The notes beneath the pieces are model-generated. The model was given only the letters and a program-made list of their open reading frames with translations. It was not told the origin of the DNA and ran no database searches. DNA of 64,000 nt from a virus. Taxonomy: Duplodnaviria > Caudoviricetes. Shown here piece by piece: positions 11,701 to 20,748 of this stretch. The stretch lies in the IMG/VR virus record IMGVR_UViG_3300032167_000006. One strand, written 5' to 3'. Position 1 is the first letter of the stretch. Every line of letters begins with the position of its first letter. Made by a program: the position numbers and the translations under genes.

Positions 11701-13111
11701 TAAAATAGATGATAGCGGTAATGGATTTGTTATATATGATAAAGAGCATGATGATTCATTTATTTATGATTATAATTTAGATGAGTATATTAAAACTGAT
11801 AATAACGGTAATATACTTTTACCTTCATTAGATGCTCCATTAGTTATAAATATTAAGAAAAATGATATTATTCTTGAATATATTGATACGTATAAGTATA
11901 TGACAAATGAAGCTTATGGTATTAATATATTCGAGATAGGACGTGTTTTGGAAGGTATTAGATTTAAATGGAATTTTTCAGATCATATTGATGGCACTAT
12001 TGGTGTAATAGAGCAATATGTAAATGATGAAAAAATAGATACAGAATCTAGAGTATATGATTATCCTGAAGATATTAAATCTAATATAAGTTTTAAATTC
12101 AAATTTAATACATTGCAATCTACTATAGAAAAGCAAGTAGATATTAAATTCTGTAATGGTATATATTATGGTATTATTGATGAGGATGAACTTCAGTATT
12201 ATAGAAGAAAAAATATGCTTTCTCTAAATAATGCAATAGGAGTTGTACCAAAAAATAAAGAAATTCCATCAACTGCAGAGCTGGAAACAATTGAAGAACC
12301 TATAAGTATTCTTAAGATAAATAATGAGATTGTTGATGATATACGTATAATTAATTATAATATGGATATTATATATAACTATATAGCTTATTATATTAAA
12401 GAAGATGGTTCTTATGATTTTGAGAATCCAATAACCGATATTTATGCTATAAAAAATGAATATGCTTCAGGTAATATTGTTATATTTGATAGTGAAGGTA
12501 ATCTTGTAAAACCAGAAGCAGTAATTATTGAAACTATAGAACCGTCTATTTATATATCAGAAGATAAATTACCAGAGATTATGTCTAAATTTGTAGGTAA
12601 TAAAACTGATGGATACCATAGCGAAGTATTACTTCAAGATACAGCAGCTATAGACGATAATTACGTTATCGGAAATAATAATTATTTTATTTATGCATGT
12701 CCTAAGAGATTGGCATTTGATAATATCGGTAATATGCTAATAAGTTTCAATATGCCAGATATTACTGAAGATTTGATAAAAGATAATCTTGATGAGCATA
12801 CTACTCCAGTATATACAAATGGCGATTTTGATGATCAAAATTTACTTATAAAACTTGATGAGTACAAAATGGAATATATGGGAGAATTTGAATATACTAA
12901 TAGCTCTAATTATACTGAAACGTATGTTATGTGGAAATCTAATGGCTTCTTCACACGTGGGTATGAAGATCAAGAATTCAATATATCAGTCACAACAGAT
13001 TATGATAATTCAAAAACTTCTAATAATCAAGTTAGATTAGTAAATACAGCATCTCTAGATGGCGCAAGCATAAATGATGATGTTGTATTCATTGATACAT
13101 TCTTATTATAA
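8765..13111 (+). CDS. large virion (baseplate/tail) protein with repeated hhF(I/L/V)NG beta modules
   Basis: 1448 aa; MLFINRK, IVFKNGK, LIFLNGE, MLFINGR, LYFVNGK repeats. Confidence 0.6.
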   Translation: MDKLSEKIISTLKSNTYNSVYQNTLAKLPIVITEEGTYINKIEIDGDLYFAVTSEDGSIKETYSSNEIQVDVKDTVFTDYNPDNVVALNKINIEKELIRKCRLVNVEKFHYDDTWYSHRCSVDNRIENFGILQVGNLPFRSLDKLVNKKSFICRMDQLIFTGIMQPFMLFINRKFVNWNNIDIVFDCDESYLLIHEDKYEYKDEDGNKKTKYIYNYYDLKDANDMYMIILPYSVEFVGTESDEIWDKNYEMLCSFLQDSLHLNNDNKIEIEVPTMYSIYKNRGMVYNVGAWLFSQLHMNYLDSLSEIRIKKLKNINLERKIYDDNGNLLEIYRTRFNAMDKDSYDMETYNKICYGDKYRIINHPTFKFNDDGILDYENGTNILTILDESLKIKRIVRKDKKIIINQSSDNETLFKESFIVFKNGKYYQECEFDYYDSNIFTINNENEDTLDIISFIPDDIEYISNHKNHFINKDFYANKILDYIHDKFIEPKTDDESKKRINDMEELLKISSNNLNYLFLDSYKYEENLNSGFNSIMNYDPLLLNDSIKTSIRSKSIRGSEANKYIIKEALKDYDKDGKLYKRDALKITRCKYTDHESYVLIFLNGELIENYSEMYVTSNYFLLPLDEEFNSDDIIELLYFTDCDNNEIHFNITDNMIAKLEESDDTKFVKTDLFKEYIKSEDIKIFADYPNNLIYKDLIEKNNDIAFNISYRNTNKDLLVFKDEIENKNNNLTAVSSRKFIYERLYVDQKAYRIKLGERFRYCDNQKQYMLFINGRRMEDDTFLITIPKYTRPFWGMFLYTAKFVEPGDRIEIFYVPEELNNINTEEVAPSTFNIDGYIETEKENLKVPYTGDFYLYFVNGKKIPNDDIIPVDSHTVKLKSNPGSLLKLNINPVYRDINNNIAKYMQSSSISKYDKFIDIIKEKFTYYWLDRLFDAQIKISQNPTEEEVNKLKTNVGTIALVNEIVRDFWVTGGVEYNKIDDSGNGFVIYDKEHDDSFIYDYNLDEYIKTDNNGNILLPSLDAPLVINIKKNDIILEYIDTYKYMTNEAYGINIFEIGRVLEGIRFKWNFSDHIDGTIGVIEQYVNDEKIDTESRVYDYPEDIKSNISFKFKFNTLQSTIEKQVDIKFCNGIYYGIIDEDELQYYRRKNMLSLNNAIGVVPKNKEIPSTAELETIEEPISILKINNEIVDDIRIINYNMDIIYNYIAYYIKEDGSYDFENPITDIYAIKNEYASGNIVIFDSEGNLVKPEAVIIETIEPSIYISEDKLPEIMSKFVGNKTDGYHSEVLLQDTAAIDDNYVIGNNNYFIYACPKRLAFDNIGNMLISFNMPDITEDLIKDNLDEHTTPVYTNGDFDDQNLLIKLDEYKMEYMGEFEYTNSSNYTETYVMWKSNGFFTRGYEDQEFNISVTTDYDNSKTSNNQVRLVNTASLDGASINDDVVFIDTFLL

Positions 13112-13135
13112 AATAAAAAATAAAAAGAAATATAT

Positions 13136-13161
13136 AACCCTAGGGAGTAATCCCTAGGGTT
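13136..13161. terminator. bidirectional hairpin terminator
   Basis: AACCCTAGGGA-GTAA-TCCCTAGGGTT. Confidence 0.8.
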
Positions 13162-13167
13162 GTTATT

Positions 13168-13893
13168 TTATTCTTCTATTTCTTTCATTAATTTTTCAGC
13201 ATTCTTTTTTAATATATCTTCACCATATACTTTTATATAATCAAATTCGCTATATCGTATACTTTCTTCTTTTTCTGGTAGGCTTATAGCCCAATTATAG
13301 ATATCTTCAAGTCTTTTTTGTTGATTCCAATTATTGTATATCCATTCTATGAATTTATCTTCATCGTCTATACAACTAATATCTTCAGGAATATTATCTA
13401 TAATATTATCGTAAATTTGAAATATTTCATTTTGTATACTTCTATTATCTATTGACCAAGTGTCTGGCAATGGATGTTCTTTTAATATATTAAAATCGTT
13501 CCATAAATAAAAGTAAATATATGGATAAGAAAATATTTCTAATGTAGTTTCATATGTATCTTTTTCTATATGACCTTCACATGAGAATGCAGTATAATAA
13601 CCTTTAGAATTAAGTACTTCTACTATTTGGGCTATATTGATATCTAAAGGTATTTGCAATGAATGTTTACCACATCTTTTACAAGCTCCATGATATGATA
13701 CACTAGTAGAAAAATAATCTAACTTGTCTAAAATATCTTCAGTTGTATTATCATGCGCTACTGAGATTCTTATTACATTTAAACATTCTGGACACATTAA
13801 AGCGATAGTGCCATTTTCAGCAAATGACTTATCGTTATTGTATTCCCATACACCTCTTTGTGATGATTCATAGTATTTAAATTCATTATTCAT
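13168..13893 (-). CDS. Zn-ribbon protein with TYW3-like motif
   Basis: CPEC...CKRC followed by DINIAQIVEVLNSKGYYTAFSCEGH. Confidence 0.5.
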   Translation of the reverse strand: MNNEFKYYESSQRGVWEYNNDKSFAENGTIALMCPECLNVIRISVAHDNTTEDILDKLDYFSTSVSYHGACKRCGKHSLQIPLDINIAQIVEVLNSKGYYTAFSCEGHIEKDTYETTLEIFSYPYIYFYLWNDFNILKEHPLPDTWSIDNRSIQNEIFQIYDNIIDNIPEDISCIDDEDKFIEWIYNNWNQQKRLEDIYNWAISLPEKEESIRYSEFDYIKVYGEDILKKNAEKLMKEIEE

Positions 13894-14293
13894 TATCAGA
13901 TTCCTCTTCTTCTAAATTTTGAGTGATTATATCATTAAGTAAATCATCCACTTCTTCATATCTCATATATATTTCATTACCTACATCATGAAGATTTGAT
14001 ATATGTAAAAGCAATGGAATCATATCAAAATATTTTTGTGCTGCTTTGATTTCTTTCTTACTGCCATAATTATTAACTATCATTTTAAGTGTTTCAAGAT
14101 AGCTAATTAAATTATTAGAAGATTTTATCATATCTTCTCTATCAATCTTAAGATTAATTTTAATACCACATATTGAACAAGTACCATCATATTCACTGTA
14201 TTCATAATGTGTACATTTATTACGTTCAATATCAACATTGCTTGGTTTAAGTTTTTTAACATTGTACTTGATTTGATTAAATATTTTTCTCAT
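13886..14293 (-). CDS. hypothetical protein with CxH...CxxC motif
   Basis: CTH...CSICG; AGGAG RBS. Confidence 0.65.
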   Translation of the reverse strand: MRKIFNQIKYNVKKLKPSNVDIERNKCTHYEYSEYDGTCSICGIKINLKIDREDMIKSSNNLISYLETLKMIVNNYGSKKEIKAAQKYFDMIPLLLHISNLHDVGNEIYMRYEEVDDLLNDIITQNLEEEESDNE

Positions 14294-14362
14294 AATTTTA
14301 TCTCCTTTAGTTTTTATTACATTATTATATTATATTATTTAAATAAAATTTGAATGTTGTTA

Positions 14363-14386
14363 CCCGTAGGGCGTTAACCCTACGGG
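14363..14386 (-). terminator. hairpin terminator
   Basis: CCCGTAGGG-CGTTAA-CCCTACGGG. Confidence 0.7.
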
Positions 14387-14426
14387 CTTTATCAAGGAGG
14401 TGTAAAAATAGCTAACAAGTTATATT

Positions 14427-15023
14427 TTACTTTGTTGGAAAATAACCTATAATTTTTAAATAATTTCTAACTGAATTAGCGCATCTTCCGGTCTCTTTTG
14501 CTATCTTTGGAACTGTATATCCAAGCTCCCATAGCTCTATAAAATGCTCTATTTCAGTTTTAGTTATTCGATGTTTAATTTTTCTTTTAGTTTTAGTATG
14601 TTGCAAACGGAACCTAACATTGTTTGATTTAACATTTAACTCTTTAGCAATAGTAGCAATACTTTTATCACGAGTATCCATTTCATTCATTTCTATAACT
14701 TGCTCGTCAGTAAATTTATTTGAATAGCATGTACATTTTGCCGAAGATTTAATACGTTCTCTAATACATGCTCTGCTTCTATGCATTATTTTACTAATAA
14801 GACTTATAGAATATCCTTTACTACGCAATTCAAGAATTTCTTCTCTTTCTTTAATAGTAGTGAATTTGCGTCCTTTTGTTATAGAATTATAAACCTCAAT
14901 AGGATCTACATCCAATTTTTCAGATATTTCCATTACAGAATATCCAACAGCATACAATTCTTTAGCCATCCGTTTATTGCAATTTTCTATTGCTCTATCG
15001 TATTTTTTTAATAGCTCCGTCAT
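14427..15023 (-). CDS. multi-HTH DNA-binding protein (4 repeats)
   Basis: GYSVMEISEKL, GYSISLISKIM, DKSIATIAKEL, GYTVPKIAKET. Confidence 0.8.
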   Translation of the reverse strand: MTELLKKYDRAIENCNKRMAKELYAVGYSVMEISEKLDVDPIEVYNSITKGRKFTTIKEREEILELRSKGYSISLISKIMHRSRACIRERIKSSAKCTCYSNKFTDEQVIEMNEMDTRDKSIATIAKELNVKSNNVRFRLQHTKTKRKIKHRITKTEIEHFIELWELGYTVPKIAKETGRCANSVRNYLKIIGYFPTK

Positions 15024-15061
15024 TTTAATTCTCCTCCATTTTAATAAATAAAATTATGACT

Positions 15062-15074
15062 TTATTAAAATGTC
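15062..15074 (-). promoter_or_regulatory. late-type promoter
   Basis: GACA TTTTAA TAA. Confidence 0.65.
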
Positions 15075-15093
15075 AGATATAAAAATGGTATTT

Positions 15094-15720
15094 TTAGATA
15101 CTTTTAATCCAATTATAGATAATCATTACATTATCTTTAAATGAATCTTCTTTATTAATCTTTGCAAGCACGTCATAACCAGATGCTGCAAAATCAGCTT
15201 TAGTGATAAGTGCTTTAAGTGATGTTGAAATAACACCCTTAGGTCTACCAAATAAGCTAGAAAGATCATTAATAAGAGTATCATAGCTCTCATGCTTTTC
15301 AACTAATGTAGGAATTACAGTAATGCAGTTGTATCCAAGACTATCAGCACTAATACCCCAAAGATCAAGTTCGCTTTCTACAAAAGAGCATCCATCATCT
15401 ATATAACAATCCTCTTCAGTGTCACCCTCATTACAATCTTCTACTACTTCTTCTTCAATAGGTAGCTCTTCATTAACAGCCTCTTCTTCTAAAAGAAGAT
15501 GATTATCATCTGTGCCATTTAAAGTAGAATCTGTTTCCTCTTCATCCTTACAAGTGCATTCACACTCTCCATTACAACAGCAACACTCTTCTTTGGATTC
15601 CTCTACAATGGTATCTACTTCATCAAGTGTTACTACATTAGGATCTTCTTTTACAGTATTTTCTGTATGATCCTGCTTACAGAAAATAGATTTGAAAATT
15701 TCGATTAATTTCTTAATCAT
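15094..15720 (-). CDS. acidic Cys-rich protein with a divergent Spo0A-C-like C-terminal domain
   Basis: GISADSLGY and LINDLSSLFGRPKGVISTSLKALI align by eye with Spo0A GVPAHIKGY and [24 protein letters not shown]. Confidence 0.45.
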   Translation of the reverse strand: MIKKLIEIFKSIFCKQDHTENTVKEDPNVVTLDEVDTIVEESKEECCCCNGECECTCKDEEETDSTLNGTDDNHLLLEEEAVNEELPIEEEVVEDCNEGDTEEDCYIDDGCSFVESELDLWGISADSLGYNCITVIPTLVEKHESYDTLINDLSSLFGRPKGVISTSLKALITKADFAASGYDVLAKINKEDSFKDNVMIIYNWIKSI

Positions 15721-15783
15721 TGGAAATCCCTCCATAAAATAAAATAAATTATTTCTAAGAATGCTTGACCACATTCTCTAAAT

Positions 15784-15796
15784 TTAATAATTTGTT
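15784..15796 (-). promoter_or_regulatory. late-type promoter
   Basis: AACA AATTAT TAA. Confidence 0.55.
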
Positions 15797-15820
15797 TGTT
15801 TAGTAGTATTTTTATAATAA

Positions 15821-17044
15821 TTATTTTAATGAAAATACTTCATATGGATCAATAGAAATCATTTCTAGTGTAGAGTCATGGAATGCTTTCATGGCACGAT
15901 TCTTAACGCTACTCATCATAACCATACTTGTTAATCCAGCATTTTCAATACCAGCACGTCTAAATAAAGTACCAGCACAAGCTTCGCATATACATCCATC
16001 TTTAGTTCTTTTACATAAAGAAGAAAATCTCATATTTACAGTTTTACCTATGAGAGATGCCATATTTTCAGAAGTAATTTCTTCAATACTACCATTTGAT
16101 TTAATGTAGTATGAATACATCCAGTTTTTAATATTTTTCTTATTTAATGTAACTTTAATTGTTCTATTAGTACCACAATCTGTATTAGGTATTACTTTAA
16201 TATGCTGAGTTGCACGAGTGAATAATTTCTCATCATAACCACCATATCTTGTTTTCTGTGATCTAGAATATGGACCACCTACAGCGGCATCATTTGTCTT
16301 AGCAAAATCTTTAGGTTTTAAACCAGAAATGTAAGATGATCCAACGTAATCATATGAACCATCGGTTTTTCTAATTGAACCCTTAACAAGATACATATTC
16401 TTAAAGTTATTACCCCATGAAGAACGAGCACCGGAATTATACATATCTACAGATTCTGAATCTTTTAATTCATCTTTAGCAAAACTAATTAATTCTTTTT
16501 CTATATTTTTTATTGCTGTAAGATCTTTATTTTCAATACCTTCTTTATATTGTTTTTCTAACTCTTTCTTTTTCTGCTCTGCTTTATTTGTAAATAATAA
16601 CATATCCATTGTATGTGATGGGCATATAGCAGAAGCGCAGCCCATTAATATTTGAGATTGTACTATAAATTCTTTTAATTGATCTACTGTAATCTTTTCT
16701 TCTAAAAGAGCATAAGAAAGTTTAGAATTTATATCACCATAAACGTCATCTGTTATTGGTTCATTTACATATCCGATTATATTTGAAAATGGTTCTATAA
16801 ATGCTTTATTAAATACCCAAAGACCAATTGTGGTTTTAAATGAATTTTTATTCTTTTTAGAAGAACCATAATAACCCTTAGGGATATCTATGGTATCATA
16901 AGTATTAAATCTTGGACCATCGCCATAATCAGCAAACCAATCCATTATAAGAGATTTTTCACATGCTTTTTCATGAGTTAATTCCAGTATCTCTTTTACG
17001 TCATCTGGCTTTTGTATTTGTTTGCTAGAACGTTTTGTTGCCAT
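15821..17044 (-). CDS. phage multisubunit RNA polymerase beta' C-terminal subunit (bridge helix/trigger loop)
   Basis: SGARSS, SYISGL, KTRYGGYDEK...DCGT, C..ICEACAG zinc site, AMKAFH (cf. TMRTFH). Confidence 0.88.
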   Translation of the reverse strand: MATKRSSKQIQKPDDVKEILELTHEKACEKSLIMDWFADYGDGPRFNTYDTIDIPKGYYGSSKKNKNSFKTTIGLWVFNKAFIEPFSNIIGYVNEPITDDVYGDINSKLSYALLEEKITVDQLKEFIVQSQILMGCASAICPSHTMDMLLFTNKAEQKKKELEKQYKEGIENKDLTAIKNIEKELISFAKDELKDSESVDMYNSGARSSWGNNFKNMYLVKGSIRKTDGSYDYVGSSYISGLKPKDFAKTNDAAVGGPYSRSQKTRYGGYDEKLFTRATQHIKVIPNTDCGTNRTIKVTLNKKNIKNWMYSYYIKSNGSIEEITSENMASLIGKTVNMRFSSLCKRTKDGCICEACAGTLFRRAGIENAGLTSMVMMSSVKNRAMKAFHDSTLEMISIDPYEVFSLK

Positions 17045-17082
17045 ATATATTACCTCCTATGAATCTTAATTTCATAATAATT

Positions 17083-17095
17083 TTACTAGAATGTC
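17083..17095 (-). promoter_or_regulatory. late-type promoter
   Basis: GACA TTCTAG TAA upstream of the beta' C gene. Confidence 0.7.
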
Positions 17096-17272
17096 GCATG
17101 ATTTTAAATATAGAAATTGCTTAAGTTTACGTCTTTATTTATCTCTTTACATAATTATACTAATTTATATAAGCGATAAATTTATATAAACTACTTTGGG
17201 TTTCAATTAATTTTATAGCTCTACAATTTAGTAAATTTCAAAAGAAAATATTTTAAAATGGAGGACGCATCA

Positions 17273-19456
17273 ATGAATAATATTACTATTATTAAAAAAG
17301 ATGGAACAAAACAACCATTCAATATAGATAAGGTTATTAAAGCTGTATCTAAATCTGCTGAAAGAGTAATGCATTCTTTTACTGAAGAAGAAATTGAAAA
17401 GCTTAAAAAGATTGTTATAGCTAAAGCTAAAGAAAAAGCAATATTGTTTGATAACGAAATTAATATTGCATCTATGCATTCTATAGCAGAATATGCTTTA
17501 GACCAAATCAATCCAGATATTGCAAGAAGCTATAGAGAATATAGAAATTATAAAGTAGACTTCTGTGAAATATTGGATTCTGTATATAGAAAATCACAAA
17601 GCATTCGTTATATAGGAGATGTATCTAATGCTAACACAGATTCTAGCATGGCATCAACTCAAAGATCACTTGTATATGGTCAGCTTAATAAGAAATTATA
17701 TAAGAAATTCTTTCTTACTGTTGATGAAGTACAAGCTGCTAATGATGGATACATTTATATACATGATATGAAAGATAGATTAGATTCTATCAACTGCTGT
17801 CTTTGTGATATTGGTAATGTGCTTCGTGGTGGATTTGAAATGGGTAATGTATGGTATACAGAGCCTAAATCTCTTGATGTTGCATTCGACGTTATTTCAG
17901 ATGTAACTATGTCAGCGGCTGCACAGCAGTATGGTGGATTTACAATACCTAGAGTAGATACAATTCTTGCGTATTATGCGGAAAAATCTTATGAATTATA
18001 TTGTAAAGAATATCTCAAGATATTAATTGATCTTGGATTATACGAAGGAAATGGGGCAGAATTATCACATCATTTAGAAAAGAAAATGGATAAATATGCC
18101 ACTAGAAAAGTATATAGAGATTTTGAACAAGGTTTCCAATCTTGGGAAATGGCATTTAATACTGTAGGTTCATCTCGTGGAGATTATCCTTTTATTACTA
18201 TTAGCTTTGGCGTTGATACATCTCGTTGGGGAGTTATGGCGTCAGTAGCTGCTTTAAGAGTTCGTAAAGGCGGTCAGGGAAGAAAAGGTAGAAAGAAAGC
18301 TGTATTATTCCCTAAACTTACATTCTTATATGATGAGAATCTTCATGGTAAAGGAAAAGAATATGAGTTCATGTTTGATGAAGCAATAGAATGCTCAAAG
18401 AAAGCAATGTATCCTGATTACTTATCGCTCACAGGTGAGGGTTATATTCCTTCTATTTATAAAAAATATGGACAAGTTATATCTCTTATGGGATGTCGTG
18501 CATCTTTATCTCCTTGGTATGCTAAAGGTGGTATGAAACCTGCTGATGAGAATGATAAGCCTATATTTGAAGGAAGATGCAATCTTGGTGCTATCTCGCT
18601 TCACTTAAGTATGATATTAGCAAAATCAAGAGAAGAGAATAAAGATTTCTATGAAGTGCTTGATTATTATCTCGAACTTATTAGAAATTTACATAAAAGA
18701 ACTTTTACTTATTTATCAGAAAAGAAAGCTAGTACAAACCCAATTCAGTTTATGCAGGGTGGTTTGTTAAATGGTTATCTTAAAGCAAATGAAAAAATTG
18801 GTGAATTATTAAGACCAATGACAATGAGTTTTGGTATTACTGGTTTAAATGAATTACAAGTTCTTTATAATGGTAAATCTATCTGTGAGGATGGACAGTT
18901 TGCTTTAGAAGTAATGCAGTATATTAATGATAAGGTTGCTGCTTTTAAAGAAGAAGATAATATACTTTATGCTATTTATGGAACCCCTGCGGAATCACTT
19001 TGTGGTCTTCAGATTGAACAATTTAGAAATAAATATGGTATAATCGAGGGTGTTTCTAGTAGAGAATATGTATCTAATTCATTCCATTGTGGTGTATGGG
19101 AAAATATCACACCTATCGAGAAACAAGATTATGAAGAAAGATTTTATAATTTGTTTAACGGTGGTAAAATTCAGTATTGTAGATATCCTATTAACTATAA
19201 CACAGAAGCTATGAAAATCTTAGTTCGTAGAGGTATGGATAAAGGATTCTATGAGGGTGTAAATGAACAGTTATCTTATTGCGATGATTGTGGTCATGAA
19301 GAGCTTAATATGACTGAAGAATGCACTTGCTGTGGTTCAGAAAATCTTACAATTGAAGATAGAATGAACGGATATTTGGGATATACCAAAGTAAATGGAA
19401 AATCAAGATATAATAAAGCTAAACTCATTGAAATCAAGGAAAGAGTTAGCATGTAA
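17273..19456 (+). CDS. nrdD: anaerobic (class III) ribonucleoside-triphosphate reductase with ATP cone
   Basis: IIKKDG ATP cone, IYIHD, NCC, MGCR, TPAESL, YVSNSFH, Zn site, RMNGYLG glycyl-radical loop. Confidence 0.96.
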   Translation: MNNITIIKKDGTKQPFNIDKVIKAVSKSAERVMHSFTEEEIEKLKKIVIAKAKEKAILFDNEINIASMHSIAEYALDQINPDIARSYREYRNYKVDFCEILDSVYRKSQSIRYIGDVSNANTDSSMASTQRSLVYGQLNKKLYKKFFLTVDEVQAANDGYIYIHDMKDRLDSINCCLCDIGNVLRGGFEMGNVWYTEPKSLDVAFDVISDVTMSAAAQQYGGFTIPRVDTILAYYAEKSYELYCKEYLKILIDLGLYEGNGAELSHHLEKKMDKYATRKVYRDFEQGFQSWEMAFNTVGSSRGDYPFITISFGVDTSRWGVMASVAALRVRKGGQGRKGRKKAVLFPKLTFLYDENLHGKGKEYEFMFDEAIECSKKAMYPDYLSLTGEGYIPSIYKKYGQVISLMGCRASLSPWYAKGGMKPADENDKPIFEGRCNLGAISLHLSMILAKSREENKDFYEVLDYYLELIRNLHKRTFTYLSEKKASTNPIQFMQGGLLNGYLKANEKIGELLRPMTMSFGITGLNELQVLYNGKSICEDGQFALEVMQYINDKVAAFKEEDNILYAIYGTPAESLCGLQIEQFRNKYGIIEGVSSREYVSNSFHCGVWENITPIEKQDYEERFYNLFNGGKIQYCRYPINYNTEAMKILVRRGMDKGFYEGVNEQLSYCDDCGHEELNMTEECTCCGSENLTIEDRMNGYLGYTKVNGKSRYNKAKLIEIKERVSM

Positions 19457-19472
19457 AAGGAGGTATTATGAT

Positions 19473-20021
19473 ATGAATTATCATAGTATATTTCATGATG
19501 ATATGAAAAATGGTACAGGTTTAAGAGTTGTACTATTTGTAAGTGGCTGTAGCCATAATTGTAGAGGGTGTCAAAATCCAGACACGCATGATTTTAAATC
19601 AGGAGAATTATTTGATAAGTCCGCAATGGACAGAATCAGAAAATACCTTGATCGTGATTATATAGACGGTATCACATTAACAGGTGGAGATCCTTTACAT
19701 CCTGCAAATTTAGAGGAAATTGATGAACTTATTCATATGATAAGAGAAGAATTTCCTGATAAGACAATCTGGTTATATACTGGATATACTATAGAAGAAA
19801 TTATGGAAAGAGAAAGTCTTTCTAAAATTGTTTCTGAAGTGGATGTTTTAGTTGATGGAAGATTTGATATAGAGTTACTTGATGCAAATTATCCATGGGC
19901 TGGAAGTACAAATCAGAGAGTAATTGATATAAAAGAAACTCTTAAAACATATCCTGAAATTGTCTTATTTAAAGAAGATGATGTAGAATCTAAAACTAAT
20001 AAAATATTATTTGGCGAATAA
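19473..20021 (+). CDS. nrdG: NrdD activating enzyme (radical SAM)
   Basis: NGTGLRVVLFVSGCSHNCRGCQN, TGGDP, VDGRF, GSTNQR. Confidence 0.96.
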   Translation: MNYHSIFHDDMKNGTGLRVVLFVSGCSHNCRGCQNPDTHDFKSGELFDKSAMDRIRKYLDRDYIDGITLTGGDPLHPANLEEIDELIHMIREEFPDKTIWLYTGYTIEEIMERESLSKIVSEVDVLVDGRFDIELLDANYPWAGSTNQRVIDIKETLKTYPEIVLFKEDDVESKTNKILFGE

Positions 20022-20025
20022 TAAA

Positions 20026-20051
20026 TAGAGGGTGGAGTGATCCACCCTCTA
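20026..20051 (+). terminator. hairpin terminator after nrdG
   Basis: TAGAGGGTGGA-GTGA-TCCACCCTCTA. Confidence 0.78.
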
Positions 20052-20124
20052 GCACTTATTTTATTTTTTAATTGTATAATATAAATATGTAGAAATACAA
20101 TATTTATAAAAAGGAGTAAATAAA

Positions 20125-20613
20125 ATGAAAGAAATTAATATTAAAACTGATGGTAAAATTATTATGGCTTTTACTGATCCGGTAGATGGAGATGAAAATC
20201 CTTATAAATATTTTACCGATAATTTCACAGGTGAAGGAGTTCATGCATATCATATTTTTAACACTCCAAAAGAATTTGTAACTAAATGGTTAGAAATTTA
20301 TAATAAACCTAATGGAATGTGGTATTGGGTTTTAGATGGAGATAAATGTATTTGTTCTGGAGCATGTGATCCTGATGATATACATATATTTAGAACACAT
20401 TGGAATTTAATTATAAATTATAAAGTTAAATTATATGAAGGCAAAGATGAAATGATGCCATATGAAATAAATGTAACAGACGTATACAGCGAAGAAGATG
20501 CAAAACAAAAAGCAAAAGAAATTATTGCAGATATTGGTTATTTTGGTGCAATGACAAAGGAAGAAATAATAAAAAGACTTACTGTTAAAAATGTTACAGT
20601 AGGTGTTGTATAA
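20125..20613 (+). CDS. hypothetical protein
   Basis: AGGAG RBS; monocistronic between two hairpins. Confidence 0.7.
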   Translation: MKEINIKTDGKIIMAFTDPVDGDENPYKYFTDNFTGEGVHAYHIFNTPKEFVTKWLEIYNKPNGMWYWVLDGDKCICSGACDPDDIHIFRTHWNLIINYKVKLYEGKDEMMPYEINVTDVYSEEDAKQKAKEIIADIGYFGAMTKEEIIKRLTVKNVTVGVV

Positions 20614-20622
20614 AATAACTTA

Positions 20623-20649
20623 AATAGAGGGGAATCATACCCCTCTATT
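20623..20649 (+). terminator. hairpin terminator
   Basis: AATAGAGGGG-N7-CCCCTCTATT + T run. Confidence 0.8.
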
Positions 20650-20676
20650 ATTTTTTGATCAAAATTCATAATAATA

Positions 20677-20687
20677 ATATATTATAA
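20677..20687 (+). promoter_or_regulatory. putative early-type promoter
   Basis: ATATATTATAA upstream of the beta' N gene. Confidence 0.45.
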
Positions 20688-20748
20688 ATAGGAATAATTA
20701 GAAATAATTTATTCAAATACAATTAAGTAAACTAATGAAAGGAGTTAT

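Noticed and set aside
17162-17189. Direct repeat AATTTATATAA upstream of nrdD as NrdR boxes
   Set aside because: It does not match the NrdR palindrome and is plausible by chance in very AT-rich DNA.
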